Positions 25,417-37,660 of a stretch of 64,000 bases of DNA are shown one piece after another; within the stretch, counting starts at the first letter, position 1, and each line of letters opens with the position of its first letter. The position numbers and the translations under genes are program-made. The notes below the pieces were generated by a model. That model had not been told where the DNA came from, searched no databases, and saw only the letters and a program-made list of their open reading frames with translations. Origin of the DNA: Lama guanicoe (Eukaryota); assembly GCA_013239625.1 (NCBI GenBank), contig MU053513.1:764370-828369 (forward strand), read 5' to 3'.

Positions 25417-27241
25417 ATGTCACCAAAATTTAACCAGGAGAGAAGGTTGAAAATGAATTAGAATTAAAATTAAGATTAATTTATATAAATTTTAAAAATT
25501 ATTAAAATGCTATAGATTTTTTAATCTATTATATATATGCTGAAAAATGTATTTGGAAGGAAAAAGGGAATTTCTAGGATCATCAGGTTGTTTATTACAC
25601 TATGTAGAGATGTCTGCCAGATAAGTCACCATGAACAAATGCATCAGGCGGCTGTGGATGGAGCAGTTCCATTTCAACAACGTAGAGCTGTGTAATAATC
25701 TCCAGGTGCAGTGTGAGCCCCAGTAAGCACTGAAGTTCTGTATAGTTCAAATGAGAATTAACCTCCAAGAGTGCAAAATAGATCTGGCTGTGACCACATA
25801 TTTCTGACCTGTAGTTAAAAGGAACTAGTTTACTTTAAAGAGGACAAAAAAAAAAAAAAGACTTTATAAACCAAAATCTTTAAATCCAAGGAAAAAAGGG
25901 AAAAATCTGGGATGCTGTCATTTTCACTGTGGGCCACCAGTGTCCTTAGAGCAGCCATGCTAAGGTCACTCTGCTATGATTTGCAATGAAAGACTCTTTT
26001 ATAATATAGACAGATTCAGTTCATGTTCCCACGAACACCTGGATGTTTTTGGCAGTATTTTAATACTACCTTCTGATTTTAACTTCTCTTTAAATGCAAC
26101 CTTACCTTTAAAAGCAATGGGCCCGAATTGTCTCCATCAATTCTGATCCTTCAATGACAGTCTATTGTAGCGTCTCTACACTCTGATTCTAGATTTGCAT
26201 TGTCTTCCTCTCCTGTTGTCTAAAACAATGGAGGGGGTAGATGTAGAAAGGAAATTGATGTATTTTGTCATAAATGATGACTGCTGTAGAGACTCCGTTG
26301 GATTTATCGCAAGCAGGGAGTAAAAAATTTGGTAACTGAGACCCGCAGAATAATGTCCTAGTGTCTTCCAACAAGAACTCAAGATTTTTGTTATTATTGG
26401 AGTTTTCCCACTTGAGAAAGATACAGTGAAAGAGGAGAGAAAAGCAGTGATGTCTGTTTCCAACTTCAGGGTAATTGAGGATTGGATCATTCTGCTGAAA
26501 GTGCACCAAAGAGAAGAAAACCCATTACTGGGAAGGGACGAAGAACTCGGGAGAGGCCAGATTGCCAGAAGTGTCGATCTCACAGCACTGAGCGCAGGCG
26601 TGAGACAGGGCCACCCCCCCGCAGCTTCAGACAGAAGGACTCCTTCCTGCCCCTGCACTGATGGATCATGAGTGAGGCTGGGAACAGGCTGGGCTTTGTG
26701 GGAATTTTCAGCTTTCCATATGCTATTGACTACTGCCAGGCTGCATTATGTTAATTAAACCTCTTCTTCCAAAGTGGTGATTACAAAAGAGGTCTGCCAA
26801 TGTCCAGCATAGTGTAGAAGCCCAGGAAGAGAGGATGCAGGCTCTGCCAAGAGACGAGGGGAAGCCCCAACACCAGGACCCCAGGCGTTTTGGGAAGAGT
26901 TTACTCACAACAAGATTAAGTGGTTCCTAGATGTGCACATGAAACAGTGAACTCAGCCCCAATAAAGCACTGTGAGTGGTAGATACCTTGGAGCCAAATT
27001 TACTAATTAGAATAATCTCAAATGACCCTGCATCAGAAAAAAAGAATAAACGAGTGCTTTCCTCTGCAGGACCACTGTGCTGTTCCACCCACCCACTTCC
27101 CGTTAGATGCTGTGTTTGAAATGGGAACTTTCACACCAGCACCGAGAGAGAGTGAGACACTGAAAAGTGTGTGTAAGGAGATCCAGTTATTTGTAAAATA
27201 ATGACAAAATAACCTCTATGTGGCTGTAGATAAATATTTTC

Positions 27242-27263
27242 TAGATAGATGGATGGATGGATG

Positions 27264-27304
<41 letters not shown>
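27242..27304. repeat. Compound (GGAT)n(AGAT)n microsatellite
   Basis: Directly visible. Confidence 0.95.
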
Positions 27305-27565
27305 TTTTGTAATTATATAAGCCTGAAGGAAAATAAATGTGATATAGAAAAGGGGAGGAGAGAGACGAAGAGACTTCAAAAAGACAAAAAAAAAACTCCT
27401 TCTTAAAAAAGTTACAAGCATGTATATTATTCATTTTAAATGCTGTATTTCTATAAGATTATGTAGCATGCACATGTAATGACAAAATCTGAAAAACATC
27501 ATGTAGTCTAAAACATTGATTCTTGAAAGAATACAAAGTTACTTCTTTTCTTTTGCTTTTTCGTT

Positions 27566-27738
27566 CTTTATTTTTTATTGAAGTATAGTCCGTTTATGTT
27601 ATATCAGTTTCTGGTGTACAGCATAATGCTTCAGTCATACATGTACATACATATATTTATTTTCATATTCTTTTCCATTATAGATTACTACAAGATATTG
27701 AATATAGCTCCCTGTGCTATACAGTATAAACTTGTTGT
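27566..27738 (-). mobile_element. L1 3' end (camelid type), antisense
   Basis: ttttttattgaagtatagtc...ctggtgtacagcataatgcttcagtcatac...ccctgtgctatacagt. Confidence 0.9.
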
Positions 27739-29238
27739 TCACAAAGTTACTTCTAGACTCCTTTCATGTTAATTCCTGAACAAGTAAGTGTCTGGACAGC
27801 CATTAATAGTTATGAAATATTTATCAGAAGCAACTAAATGCCAGGCATTATTCTCATTGTGGGTCCCAACAGCCTCCTTCCTTGTCATCACTCCTCTTAA
27901 CACATCATAAGAACAATAACATAGTGTGATGCACCACGTGCTGCGAAAAAGAGACTTTATGGTGGAGCCAACTCTACCAGATAATAGCCAACTGCAGTCG
28001 GAGTGGAGGTTGAAAAATGGAGATGTTCATAAATTCATAGCACAAAGGTGAAAGATGGAAGTATCTAACTGTGTCTTGGCCACAGGCACCCACACATACA
28101 TATTTACTCTCTAGATAAAATTATCTCAAAAAATGTAACGATTTTTTAAACATAAAATTTTTAAAGTACTATTTGATTCCATAACTTTTCATTTTCTTAA
28201 CACATTTACCTTGTGGTAATATACAAGAAGATCAGTTCTTTACAGCAGTTGAATAATTGCGTGGAAAATCACTCTTCTGTAATAAGTACCCACCTTGCTT
28301 TCGTTCTTCCCTGGTCTCCAGGATGTGGATGAAGATGCAACCTGATTTTCAGCTAGCCTGTGAAAAAATTGTGTTGATGTCAGAAGCCTAATACTATTGT
28401 CCTTTCACTGGCAAAACTCCCAGTGAGGTCAGTCAGAGCTCTCCTTCTGACCTCAGGAGAGGGCAGTAGGGTCCCAGCACAGGGGAAAACATGAACAGCT
28501 GTTTGGTTGCTACACACAGTTGGGAACATTTGAGTTCCTTTAACTCCCACTGGGATGCTGACCTTGAATTCGAGCAGAGCAGCAGAGTATTAGGAAGAGA
28601 GACTTGCTTTGGGAAAACTTGTGTCCCTTTTACTTCAGTATTTCGGCAACCATTTTTAAATTTCTCATGAGTTCTACCATGAAGATTAAATTCAGAAACT
28701 TGACTAGCGAGGTGTGTGAGGGTGGAGGTAGGGATGCCAAAGCTGAGAAGAGGAAGAGAAGGAGTATTTGACCAGGTGCGAAATTACCTGGGAAGATGAG
28801 AAATAACTTTCCATGACTATATTTTCAGATGAGCCAAAATTACAACAATCAATACAATAGATAAACTTCAACAGCATATCCCAGTAAGTTATGTTCTTAA
28901 TCCCCAAAACATTTTTAATATTTTCCAAGTCAGTAAAGTAAGCCTATATGATTTTTCCTTATCACATGCTATTACAAAACAAAACTATTTACTAGAACAC
29001 AAAATGTAATATCTGAATTATTGCTGGAATCATTTCACTTTAGTCACATGTACAATTAATAGCAACTTGATTAAGAAGTATTCTAAGACTGAGCCCTGAC
29101 TTTCTCATTATTATATATTCTTTTTTTATTGATTGATGATACTTAATTCACTATGCATTACAGAGATTGTTTGTTGGCAGGATTTTTGGTTGACTTTTTC
29201 CTCTGAGGTTTAATTTTGACTAAAAAAAAAATGCTTAA

Positions 29239-29478
29239 AGGGATAAATTGAGAATTCAAGATTTGCAGATACTAACCACTATCTATAAAATAGATAAACA
29301 ACGGGTTTCTACTATATAGCCAGGGAACTAAATTCAATATCTTGTAGTAACCTATAATGAATAAAAATATGAAAAGGAATATATGTGCATATATGTATGA
29401 CTGAAACATTATGTTTTATGTCAGAAATTGACACAATTTATAGTCTTTGTAAACTGACTCTACTTCAGTTTAAAAAAG
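29239..29478 (+). mobile_element. L1 3' end (camelid type)
   Basis: agggataaattgagaattcaagatttgcagatactaac...gtaaactgactctacttcagtttaaaaa. Confidence 0.9.
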
Positions 29479-29535
29479 CATGCTTGAATTGACATTTTTA
29501 ATGAGTTTCTATTGAAATGTAAGTGGTTTGTGGTA

Positions 29536-29876
29536 TTTTTTATTTTATTGTGATAAAAACACTTAACATGAGAACCACCCTCTTAACAGATTTTTAAGTG
29601 TACAACACGGTACTTTTATGTATAAGCACAATGCTGAAAAGCAAATCTCTAGAATTTATTCATCTTGCATAACTGAAATTTTAGATCTATCAGTTAATAA
29701 CTCCACATTTAGCACTTACCTCAGCCTTTGGCTGTCACGTTTCAGTTCTTTCCTTCTGTGAGTTTGGTGACTGCAATTTGCCCTGTGACTGGCTTATCTC
29801 ACCTAGCATGATGCCCTTGAGATTCATCCATGCTGTCACCTATCACAGGGTTTTCTTCTTTTTTTCAGGCTGAATT
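29536..29876 (-). mobile_element. L1MA/MB-type 3' end
   Basis: acacttaacatgagaaccaccctcttaacagatttttaagtgtacaa...atctctagaatttattcatcttgcataactgaaa. Confidence 0.85.
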
Positions 29877-30401
29877 CTTGACAGAGGTTGGAACAATGAT
29901 AGAGAAACACTAGTGATAACAACTATTGACTAAAACATGGTCAGAAACACTGCACAAAGATTAACACAAAGACAAAGAACATACTGTGGGGGCCAAGATT
30001 AAAGCTGTCCCAAACTAGGGGCATGCTCTCTTGACTGCAGGACTGGTGCCACAGTCACTTTGGACTCCTGTTAGATCCTGTGGTTTGCCAGCCCCATGTC
30101 TATGGTTTTGAAGTCTGCTGTTTTGGGGACTTGACACATCTCATGGTAAAAATAAGCCAAAATTAGACTCGCTGACTGAAAGTCTAGTTCTAGAACTTTT
30201 CTTTCCCTGCATTTTCATTTGACTCCCAGTGCCAGTGGATACCCACTATGGAGGCCACTATGGTCCAAAAAATCCATACTGAGTTTCGAATCAGAAGGCA
30301 TCAACTTGAAACCTAGTTTGTTCACTTACTCTCTATAGGATCTTGGGGATTCAGGGTTGGATGGGAGGTTGTTTAAACCATTCTTCTGTTGATGCACAAA
30401 T

Positions 30402-30732
30402 AATTACTGATGCACAACAGCATGGGTGAATCTCAAAAGTGTGTATTAAGCAAAAGAACCCAGACACAAGGAACACATGTGCTGTGACATAACTTTTACG
30501 AAGCACAGGAACAGATAAAACTAATCAGTAGTGAGCTGGAAGGATGGTTGCTACAGGGTGGGTCGGGACCGGGAGGCAGAAGTGAAGACTGGGAAAGGAA
30601 ATGAGGAAACTTGGTGATGGATACATTTCGTGCCTCCATCCTGGGGTGTTCACAAGGTTGCATATGTTAAAAATCACTATGCAGTACCTAAGATTTGTGC
30701 ATTTTATTATACATAAACTATATCTCAAAAAA
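30402..30732 (+). mobile_element. Old L1 (L1MD/ME-like) 3' end
   Basis: catgggtgaatctcaaaa...cagacacaag...taagatttgtgcattttatt...tatatctcaaaaaa. Confidence 0.8.
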
Positions 30733-31252
30733 TACTATAAAAATCCACGGAGAAGGGAGAAAGACAATGAAACTATAGAAATGCTGAGAATAGCTGGAAG
30801 AAAGGCCCAAATCCCCAAGAAGGAAAGAGAGGACAGGATATCCAAAACTCATTTTGGGGTCTCTGCATCCCTTAGCCTGTGAAAAATTGAGAACTAGACC
30901 CAAGACATCCAAGAGGCAAAATATTCACTTTGAATAGCATTCCTGTCTTGGCAATCATGGGTCAGTCCTTCCCCGCTGTCTTCATGAGCCCCACAAAGCC
31001 CAAACTGCTTTCCAAGGTGTGCTAGGAGTTTACGAAACAAGCAAAGCCTTTGTGTGTGTTTGTTTCCTATCTCTATCTGAATCTGTAAGAGTATCATTCA
31101 CAAAAAAAAAAAGGAGAATTGTTTCACATTCTATCTCAAATTCTGGAAATAAGCTAATGTGTGCTATTCTTATTTACTATACAGTGTACAGTGTTCTACA
31201 ATATTTTGTCTTCTAATTCCCAGAGACTGCAATCCCCTTCCCCCATGCCCCA

Positions 31253-31253
<1 letters not shown>

Positions 31254-31287
<34 letters not shown>
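31254..31287. repeat. (CA)17 microsatellite
   Basis: Directly visible. Confidence 0.95.
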
Positions 31288-31291
<4 letters not shown>

Positions 31292-32532
31292 GCAGTGCTG
31301 CTGGGAGTACCTTACTGGAGAAAGGGCACATCACATGTGAGTATTTGGAAAGATACGCTTCTGAAATGAAATATAATTATTCATTAATAATCACAGAAAA
31401 TGAATCTGAGGCTTCCAGTTCATCTCCTTGCCATTTCAAGATTTTCCTCTCCATTAAGATACTCATATAGTAATCTAAGCAAGTGATATTGCATTTTATT
31501 AGTTCACATTTTAATATGACATTTATATTCCATTTTCTATTTCACTAGCTGTCACGTATATGCCTATTGTTTTCATATCCCTCCTTTTGCCAATAGTGCT
31601 TTTTTAATAAGATTTTCCTTATAAAGTCAATTCTAAAGTGTTCTGATGTTCTATATAATCAATTTTCCATAGTTCTGTAATGATTGCTTCATAACATTCT
31701 ATGGCTGGTTTTATTGCCTTTGTTTTCATTTATAAAACTATTATAGGAATTGAAAATATAAATGCATGTGTGGGGTTTTCCATATCACTGCAAAGATTTA
31801 AATTTAGCATTTTTGCAGGGCAGTTTGTGAAAACATGACAATATAATCAGAGAGTTAAAGGATGGAGATTTTCTGATGGAGTATTGTTTTGTAAAGCAAA
31901 CTTATAACTGAATACTGAGTGACCGGACGGACTGCATTACTGGTTGATAAGCAGGTTTGTGACACTCCCGGTACCATCACTGCCTACCGGAACTCGTCAA
32001 CAAACCTGAGTGTCTAATGAGATTCCTAAATTATCTAAAAAATTAAAGAGACTCCAGCCAATGAATTACTCTAGCATTTGGTATTTTTATTAGTTTATTT
32101 TTGACAAAAGACAGCAAGACAAAGGCAAAACAAGTAATTTATGCAGTAAGTTAAATTGTCAAAATCTTTAAGTAATTGGCTCATTGATTTTCCATCACTG
32201 GAAATGCACACAAACAAATGAAATGAAACTTACTGATGAAAATGTCTGGAATGCATTATGGAAAATACAAAACGTGTCACAGGCAGAACTATTCCAAGAA
32301 ACTTTCAGCATCCAGAACTATCCTTTTGGGTACAAGACTCCAGGCCATTGGTTCTCAATCTCACCAGACTTAATACCTCCTTTATATAACAGATATTTTT
32401 ACAATGTCACTTTTATTCTCTCGAAATGAAATTCACAAGTAGTATCATCTATCAATACACAATTTTTTAAAAAATCAATCATTAACTATTATATGAAGGA
32501 GAAAATTTAAAATACTGTACATTAATATTTAC

Positions 32533-32673
32533 TTTTTTTTATTTTTAAATTTTTGGGGGAGAGCAAGTAATTAGGTTTACATATTTATTTATTTTTGGAG
32601 GAGATACTGGGGATTGAACCCAGGACCTTTTATGTTAAGTAGGTGCTCTACCACTTGAGCTATACCTTCCCCT
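32533..32673 (-). mobile_element. tRNA-derived SINE (Vic-1-like), long form
   Basis: tactggggattgaacccaggacc...gctctaccacttgagctatacc, with extra gtaattaggttt segment and T-tail. Confidence 0.9.
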
Positions 32674-33176
32674 CTACTTACATTTTAGACATAACGATAC
32701 TTGTAACCATAAAGAGTTAGATAGATGCTCACACCTATAGGTATCATCCCTGTGAATGGACAAATAAAAATGCACATTGGCTTATTTTGTTGTATTGTTG
32801 CCTCAAAAAACAAAGAAATCACAAAGTGATTGTGAGAAATGATGAGTAATTCTTGGTAAAGTTCTTAACAAAAACAAAATTCAATTTTTCCTCAATGTAT
32901 ACATTAGTTGCATTACTGGAAAAATCTGCATGTAATAAAACTATTCACAAAAAGACTTGATTTTACTAGAACTTAGTTATTTATAAACCTTACGCTTACA
33001 GAGATACTCAGTAGAGCCTTAGAAAGCCATGCAGAGCCACACAATCAGTCATCATACAGGACTTTTCCTGCACATGCAGAGCATCCAGCATCCCTGGCAA
33101 TTGCCCACTAAGTGACAGCAGTGACTCCACTTGTCATGACAACCAAGTTCCCCCAACACATTTCCCAAAACACCTC

Positions 33177-34063
33177 TGAAAAGGAGAAGGACCCTGTGGG
33201 CATCCCCCAGCCCCTACCCCTACCTCTTGTTTACAGAAAAGCTGAAGCCTCCCAGGCCTCCCTGAGTCTTAGAAGAGCAGGCTCAAGCAGCTGATGAGGA
33301 CAAGCCTGAAGGCACTGGGGAAAAGCAATGACTCTGACCTCCTATCTCAACAATTACCTGGGATTTCTCTCCCATTTCTCTTTAAAACGTTCATGACTGA
33401 ACAGAATCTTTGTAAATGAATTTTTTGGGAGGGATACTGGGTCCACCAGACTGCAGGCATTCTGGTAAAAAGTAACTTTCCCTTTTTTGTTACCAAGGCT
33501 GTTGACCCCAGGATCATACCCCTGCCCCTCCCTTAAATAGAAACCAATTACTTTTATCTAAGTCTCAGGAAGCAGCTACAGAGAAGAAATAAGAACTGGC
33601 AAGAATCAAAGGAGTCCAAGATGGTGGAGGATCTGACTTCCAGTGGAACTTGAGCCTCATCATATGTTCATTAGAATGTATTAGCATGCTAAGTGACACA
33701 CCCACCCGCACCATGGCGGTTGACGATTGGCATGACAACAACCAGAAAAGACCATACAAGGACTGGTTGGCTCCATCACACCCAGAAGGAGGCTATGATG
33801 GCAGAAGCCTCTCATAAAAGTCCAGCTGGGCCGGAGCTGTCTCTACCAGCCGTCTTGGCTGATGGCGCCCCTCTCGAGCTCTTCCTTTTCCCACTGGAGT
33901 ACTTTTCCTCCCTTCTCCCTGCTGAGCACTCTCCTTCCACTTCAGTAAAGCAGCTGTTCACTTCATCCCTCTGCCTCTGCTGCGCAAATTCTTTCACAGC
34001 CAGTGACAAGGACGCACACTTTGGTTGGCTTCCTAATTTAGGGGGTCCCTCCGCCCGCTAACA
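33177..34063 (+). mobile_element. ERV1-class solo LTR, apparently composite, with MER41-like 3' portion
   Basis: TG...CA termini with 4-bp TSD cctc (33173-33176 / 34064-34067); ccaagatgg, attagcatgctaa.gacac.cccacc..caccatg; cataaaa TATA-like and agtaaa poly(A)-like signals. Confidence 0.8.
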
Positions 34064-34225
34064 CCTCTCGGGGAATGTGCATCCAGGCAAGAACCACTGC
34101 TCTAAATAAACCACACTGTATCCGTTTGCTACTAAGGACAAAGCATTGGTCTAAACGACTACAACAACAGCAAATTTAAATCTAAGACAGAACCCCTGTA
34201 CCGCCCTGTTTTCTCTTGCTTTTAG

Positions 34226-34297
34226 CCTAAGATCCTTGAGTGTAGCAGAGAGAAGCAGCTGCTGCCCTCACGATCCACACGTTCTGACGTCGGAGAG
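34226..34297 (+). other. Candidate 72-nt spliced exon (coding status unknown)
   Basis: Acceptor ccctgttttctcttgcttttag|, donor GAG|gtgagt; length divisible by 3 and open in two phases; no protein recognised. Confidence 0.3.
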
Positions 34298-34489
34298 GTG
34301 AGTGCTTGCTAACACTGGGCCCAAATGCCGTACCTAGGACCACCGTCGTTTGCTTTGTTCTTTTTCTCAGAGGGCAATTAGCCGTAGAAGGGGTTTATGT
34401 GCGATCATGAAGCACGAGCCTAAAGATAAATGTATCCCATTAAACGGTGCGACATCAACAACAGAGGCTAAAACTTGTAGGGCTGCTAC

Positions 34490-34670
34490 ACTAAGCTGTG
34501 TCAGACATACGGATGCCTTTAATGCCCACAACCTCCAGAGGAAGGTGTTATCATTTCCATTTCATAGATGAAGAAAATGAGGAAACTGAGGCCCAGCCTA
34601 CAGCCACACAGCTGGAAAGTGCCAGAGCAAGGTCGCAAACCTGGCAGGCTGGTGCAGAGTCCATGTGTTA
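34490..34670 (-). mobile_element. MIR SINE
   Basis: ccatttcatagatgaagaaaatgaggaaactgaggccc...cacacagctggaaagtgccagagc. Confidence 0.75.
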
Positions 34671-35109
34671 GGTGATCCTTTTTCCGATGCACGTGGATAA
34701 AAGGAGTGAAAGGGAGAGTTATGAACTAGTCCTTTGTCTAAAAACGTTAGTTTTATTATTGTTGTTCTTTTCTTTTTTTTTTTTTAATGTCATGTGATAC
34801 AGTTACTCCCTTCTTCTCCCTCAGCTGCCTCCTCAAATGGCTACTGTTGTTCTAAGAGATCCGAGGCCCCTAATGCCTAAATCCCAAGTTGCTCTCAGCT
34901 TGCTGGCCTTGGTGATGGCTCTGATTTTAGATGAACAGTCTTCTAGAATATGCATGGGCACCTTGTGTTTCTACTCATAAATCTTGGCCCGCTACTTTTC
35001 CAGCTTTAATTAAACTGTCCAATGAACATTTTTATTCCTTGGATGCACTGTAGCACAGTGAATTTATAGGTACTTAGAAGTCCAGAAATACCATACATCA
35101 GAAATTATA

Positions 35110-35250
35110 GGAGGCCAGGTTATAAGTTCCATGAGGCCAGATAATGTGTTTTTTCTAGTTAGCGCTTTATCTCTGTCTCCTAGCACAGTGCCTGAAGCCT
35201 AGCAGGTGTTCAAGGATGATTGTTAAAGAAATCAATCAGTCAATGAATTA
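35110..35250 (+). mobile_element. L2 3' end
   Basis: tataagttccatgaggccag...cctagcacagtgcctga...caatcagtcaatgaat. Confidence 0.75.
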
Positions 35251-36892
35251 TATATAAGATTTGGGAAAACAACTTAATTTGAATTTACTCATCTTGATAC
35301 TTGCTATGGCTACTCTCTCTTCTAGATCAAGTTTTTTCACCCTTTACCATTATGACTGTCCAAACCTGTCAACATTCTATGGTCCTCTGTCAGACATGAT
35401 CCGACTTATCATAGCTTATAGCTCCTTGAATTAAAATCAGCATCAAATTTGTATGGACATCACCATTAAAAAAAAAACTCAAAAATCTTTTTTTCATTAC
35501 ATTGAATTACCATTTACTACATATTTATCATATGAATCAATCATATTGTATTTTAAGCCTGTATTTTCTACAACAATAAAAGGTCTGCATTTGGAGAAGT
35601 TATGCTCCAAGCTTTGAAAAGGGGGAAAAAAAAAGGAAGCTAATCTTTATACATAAAGGTTAAAATTGCTAGAAGAGTATTCAAAAGCAATTTCTTTCAT
35701 TACATAATTTTCAAATGAAAACCAGAACAGAAAAAATCTAAGGGTGTATCAAACATTCACATCATCATTAAATCAACGTGCATTTGTAAATGTCTTTTGC
35801 TGCCGTGACATGTTGATCGAATGACATGGTCTACAGCAGCTGCAAAAGTGACTGTACTTCATGGCATACATTTTCTTGGAAAATATAAAGATCCAAAACA
35901 ACAAAACAATTTGAATATAAAATGCGTACCTATGACAGTAAATTGAAGTGAATTAACTTTATACTTATTGGAAAGAACAACCCTTCAAAAAATATGTACC
36001 AAGCTTAGAAATGCAATGTTTAAAATACAGTCCTGAAGAGAATGCACAAATGGAGTTCATCTTTCAGTGACGCCCCAAAACAGTTATCCCCTGCTATGAC
36101 TTTTACTATGTTTTGTCTTTAAAGGGAAATCTAAATTTTACAAGAAAAAGAAAGAACTCAAACTAACTACAAAGACTAATTGAAAGTCCCAATTAGAAAC
36201 AAACCCTAAATTAATTCTCTGAAGATAGTTAATGGGAGAAAAAAATGAACTACAACTTCCAACAGAAAAATGCAAAAAAATATTCCCATCAGGGGAAATA
36301 AAGTAGGACTGAAAATTGGCTCTGGTATAGGGAGTCTCAGAATGGCATATGGAACAGGAGATCAGAATGCTTAAAATCTTAGGGAGAAATCAGTATTTAA
36401 AAATTTTTTAAAAAGTTAATATGTATGATTTTTAGCTATCTGCAAGAATATTTTTTTAAAAGTAACAAGAGAAGGAGAAGAATCAGAGACATGTTGCTTT
36501 AGCATTGTCGACCAGGGCTAGATCATAGCTCTCACCGTTGTCAAATTCAAAATTACAACAGAAAACATGTGTTTAGATCTGAGTCCTGGAAGGTGACTTG
36601 GGGAGAAGGTTAACCTTTTGTTGACACTGTCTAAAAGTCTCCTGGACCTCCTCTGTCACGCTGTAAGGCATTTTCCCTTCATTCGTTTTCTCTGAAAGCA
36701 TTTGCATCTGCTCTCCTTCCAATTTATTTTCCCTCCTCACCTCCTAAAGTGCACCCTATGCCAGAAAACCCTGTTCCTAACCCCCTCTGCTATTAGAATA
36801 AAGTAGATAGATACTGTATCCACAGAAATGTGTCTGGTCTGTCATCACATCCCTTAAGGATTGCAGACATATCTTCTATTAGCTGACAGTCT

Positions 36893-36987
36893 TTTTTTTT
36901 TTTTTTTGAATGGAGGTACTGGGGATTAAACCCAGGACCTCATGCATGCTAAGCATGTGCTCTACCGCTGAGTTATTTCCCTCCCCT
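36893..36987 (-). mobile_element. tRNA-derived SINE (Vic-1-like), short form with perfect TSD
   Basis: Poly(T), tggaggtactggggattaaacccaggacctcatgcatgctaagcatgtgctctacc; TSD tgacagtct at 36884-36892 and 36988-36996. Confidence 0.95.
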
Positions 36988-37399
36988 TGACAGTCTGTTT
37001 CCTTAAAACACTTCTGGGTTAACCAGTTCCTATCCATCCAATACATTCTTTCATATATGTATGGAAAATAAACTGAATTACTCTGTGCTGAATAGAACGA
37101 AGGTACTGTATCTACTATGCTTCAGTGTCAACATAGGTCTTTCTTTAACTATTTTAAAGTAATCTGGGGGAGGATTTAAAACTTTGGTAGCCAAACTGCA
37201 AACTGCATCTAACCAGAAACGTGACAATTCTCGATTTGTCTAATTCTCCCAAAATAGCAGCTATGTGGTCTGTCAACACTTCCAAAATCAGTTCCATGAA
37301 TACTGAAGGGACTTCCCAGGTACAACATTTTTTTTCTGGTAACTAGAGAAATGTTTCATCTAGCTTTTTTTGTTTTCAACTTGAAAATCAAGTAACTTC

Positions 37400-37660
37400 T
37401 AGAGAGTATGGTTTGAAATAGAAAAGTAATTGAAGACTTGGACTGGGAACTACACGAGCTCAGTGACCTTGAAACGGCTACTCCTCTGTATCTCAGCTGA
37501 TTTTTCATTCAAAAAAATTATGACAATGATAACATCCATTTCACAGGCTTAGAGAGAGAATTAAAGGAATTAACATATGTAAAGTGCTTTGTATATTCAA
37601 GATCTGGCATATAGTAAGGGCTATATAGACATTTACTGCCATGAAGTTGCTGATAATGAT
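37400..37660 (+). mobile_element. MIR SINE
   Basis: gtgaccttg...tttcacaggctt...gaattaaagg...atatgtaaagtgcttt...ctggcatatagtaag. Confidence 0.7.

Larger units (their letters stand above)
32346..34099. mobile_element. hAT-Charlie DNA transposon (MER20B/Charlie8-like), interrupted by a SINE and an LTR
   Basis: Termini cattggttctc...aagaaccactg; 3' part agcatccctggc...cccactaag...tgacaaccaa resumes after the LTR. Confidence 0.7.

Noticed and set aside
26266..26345. Box C/D snoRNA-like pattern (ATGATGA...CTGA about 65 nt apart)
   Set aside because: Terminal stem is weak and mis-spaced, with no clear C'/D' boxes or recognisable rRNA guide.
26176..26671. Overlapping 160, 106 and 81 aa ORFs
   Set aside because: No recognisable domain, non-ATG starts in the track and no convincing splice architecture.
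28424..28455. 9-bp inverted repeat tgaggtcag/ctgacctca with nuclear-receptor half-sites
   Set aside because: Short, non-canonical spacing, and plausible by chance in 64 kb.
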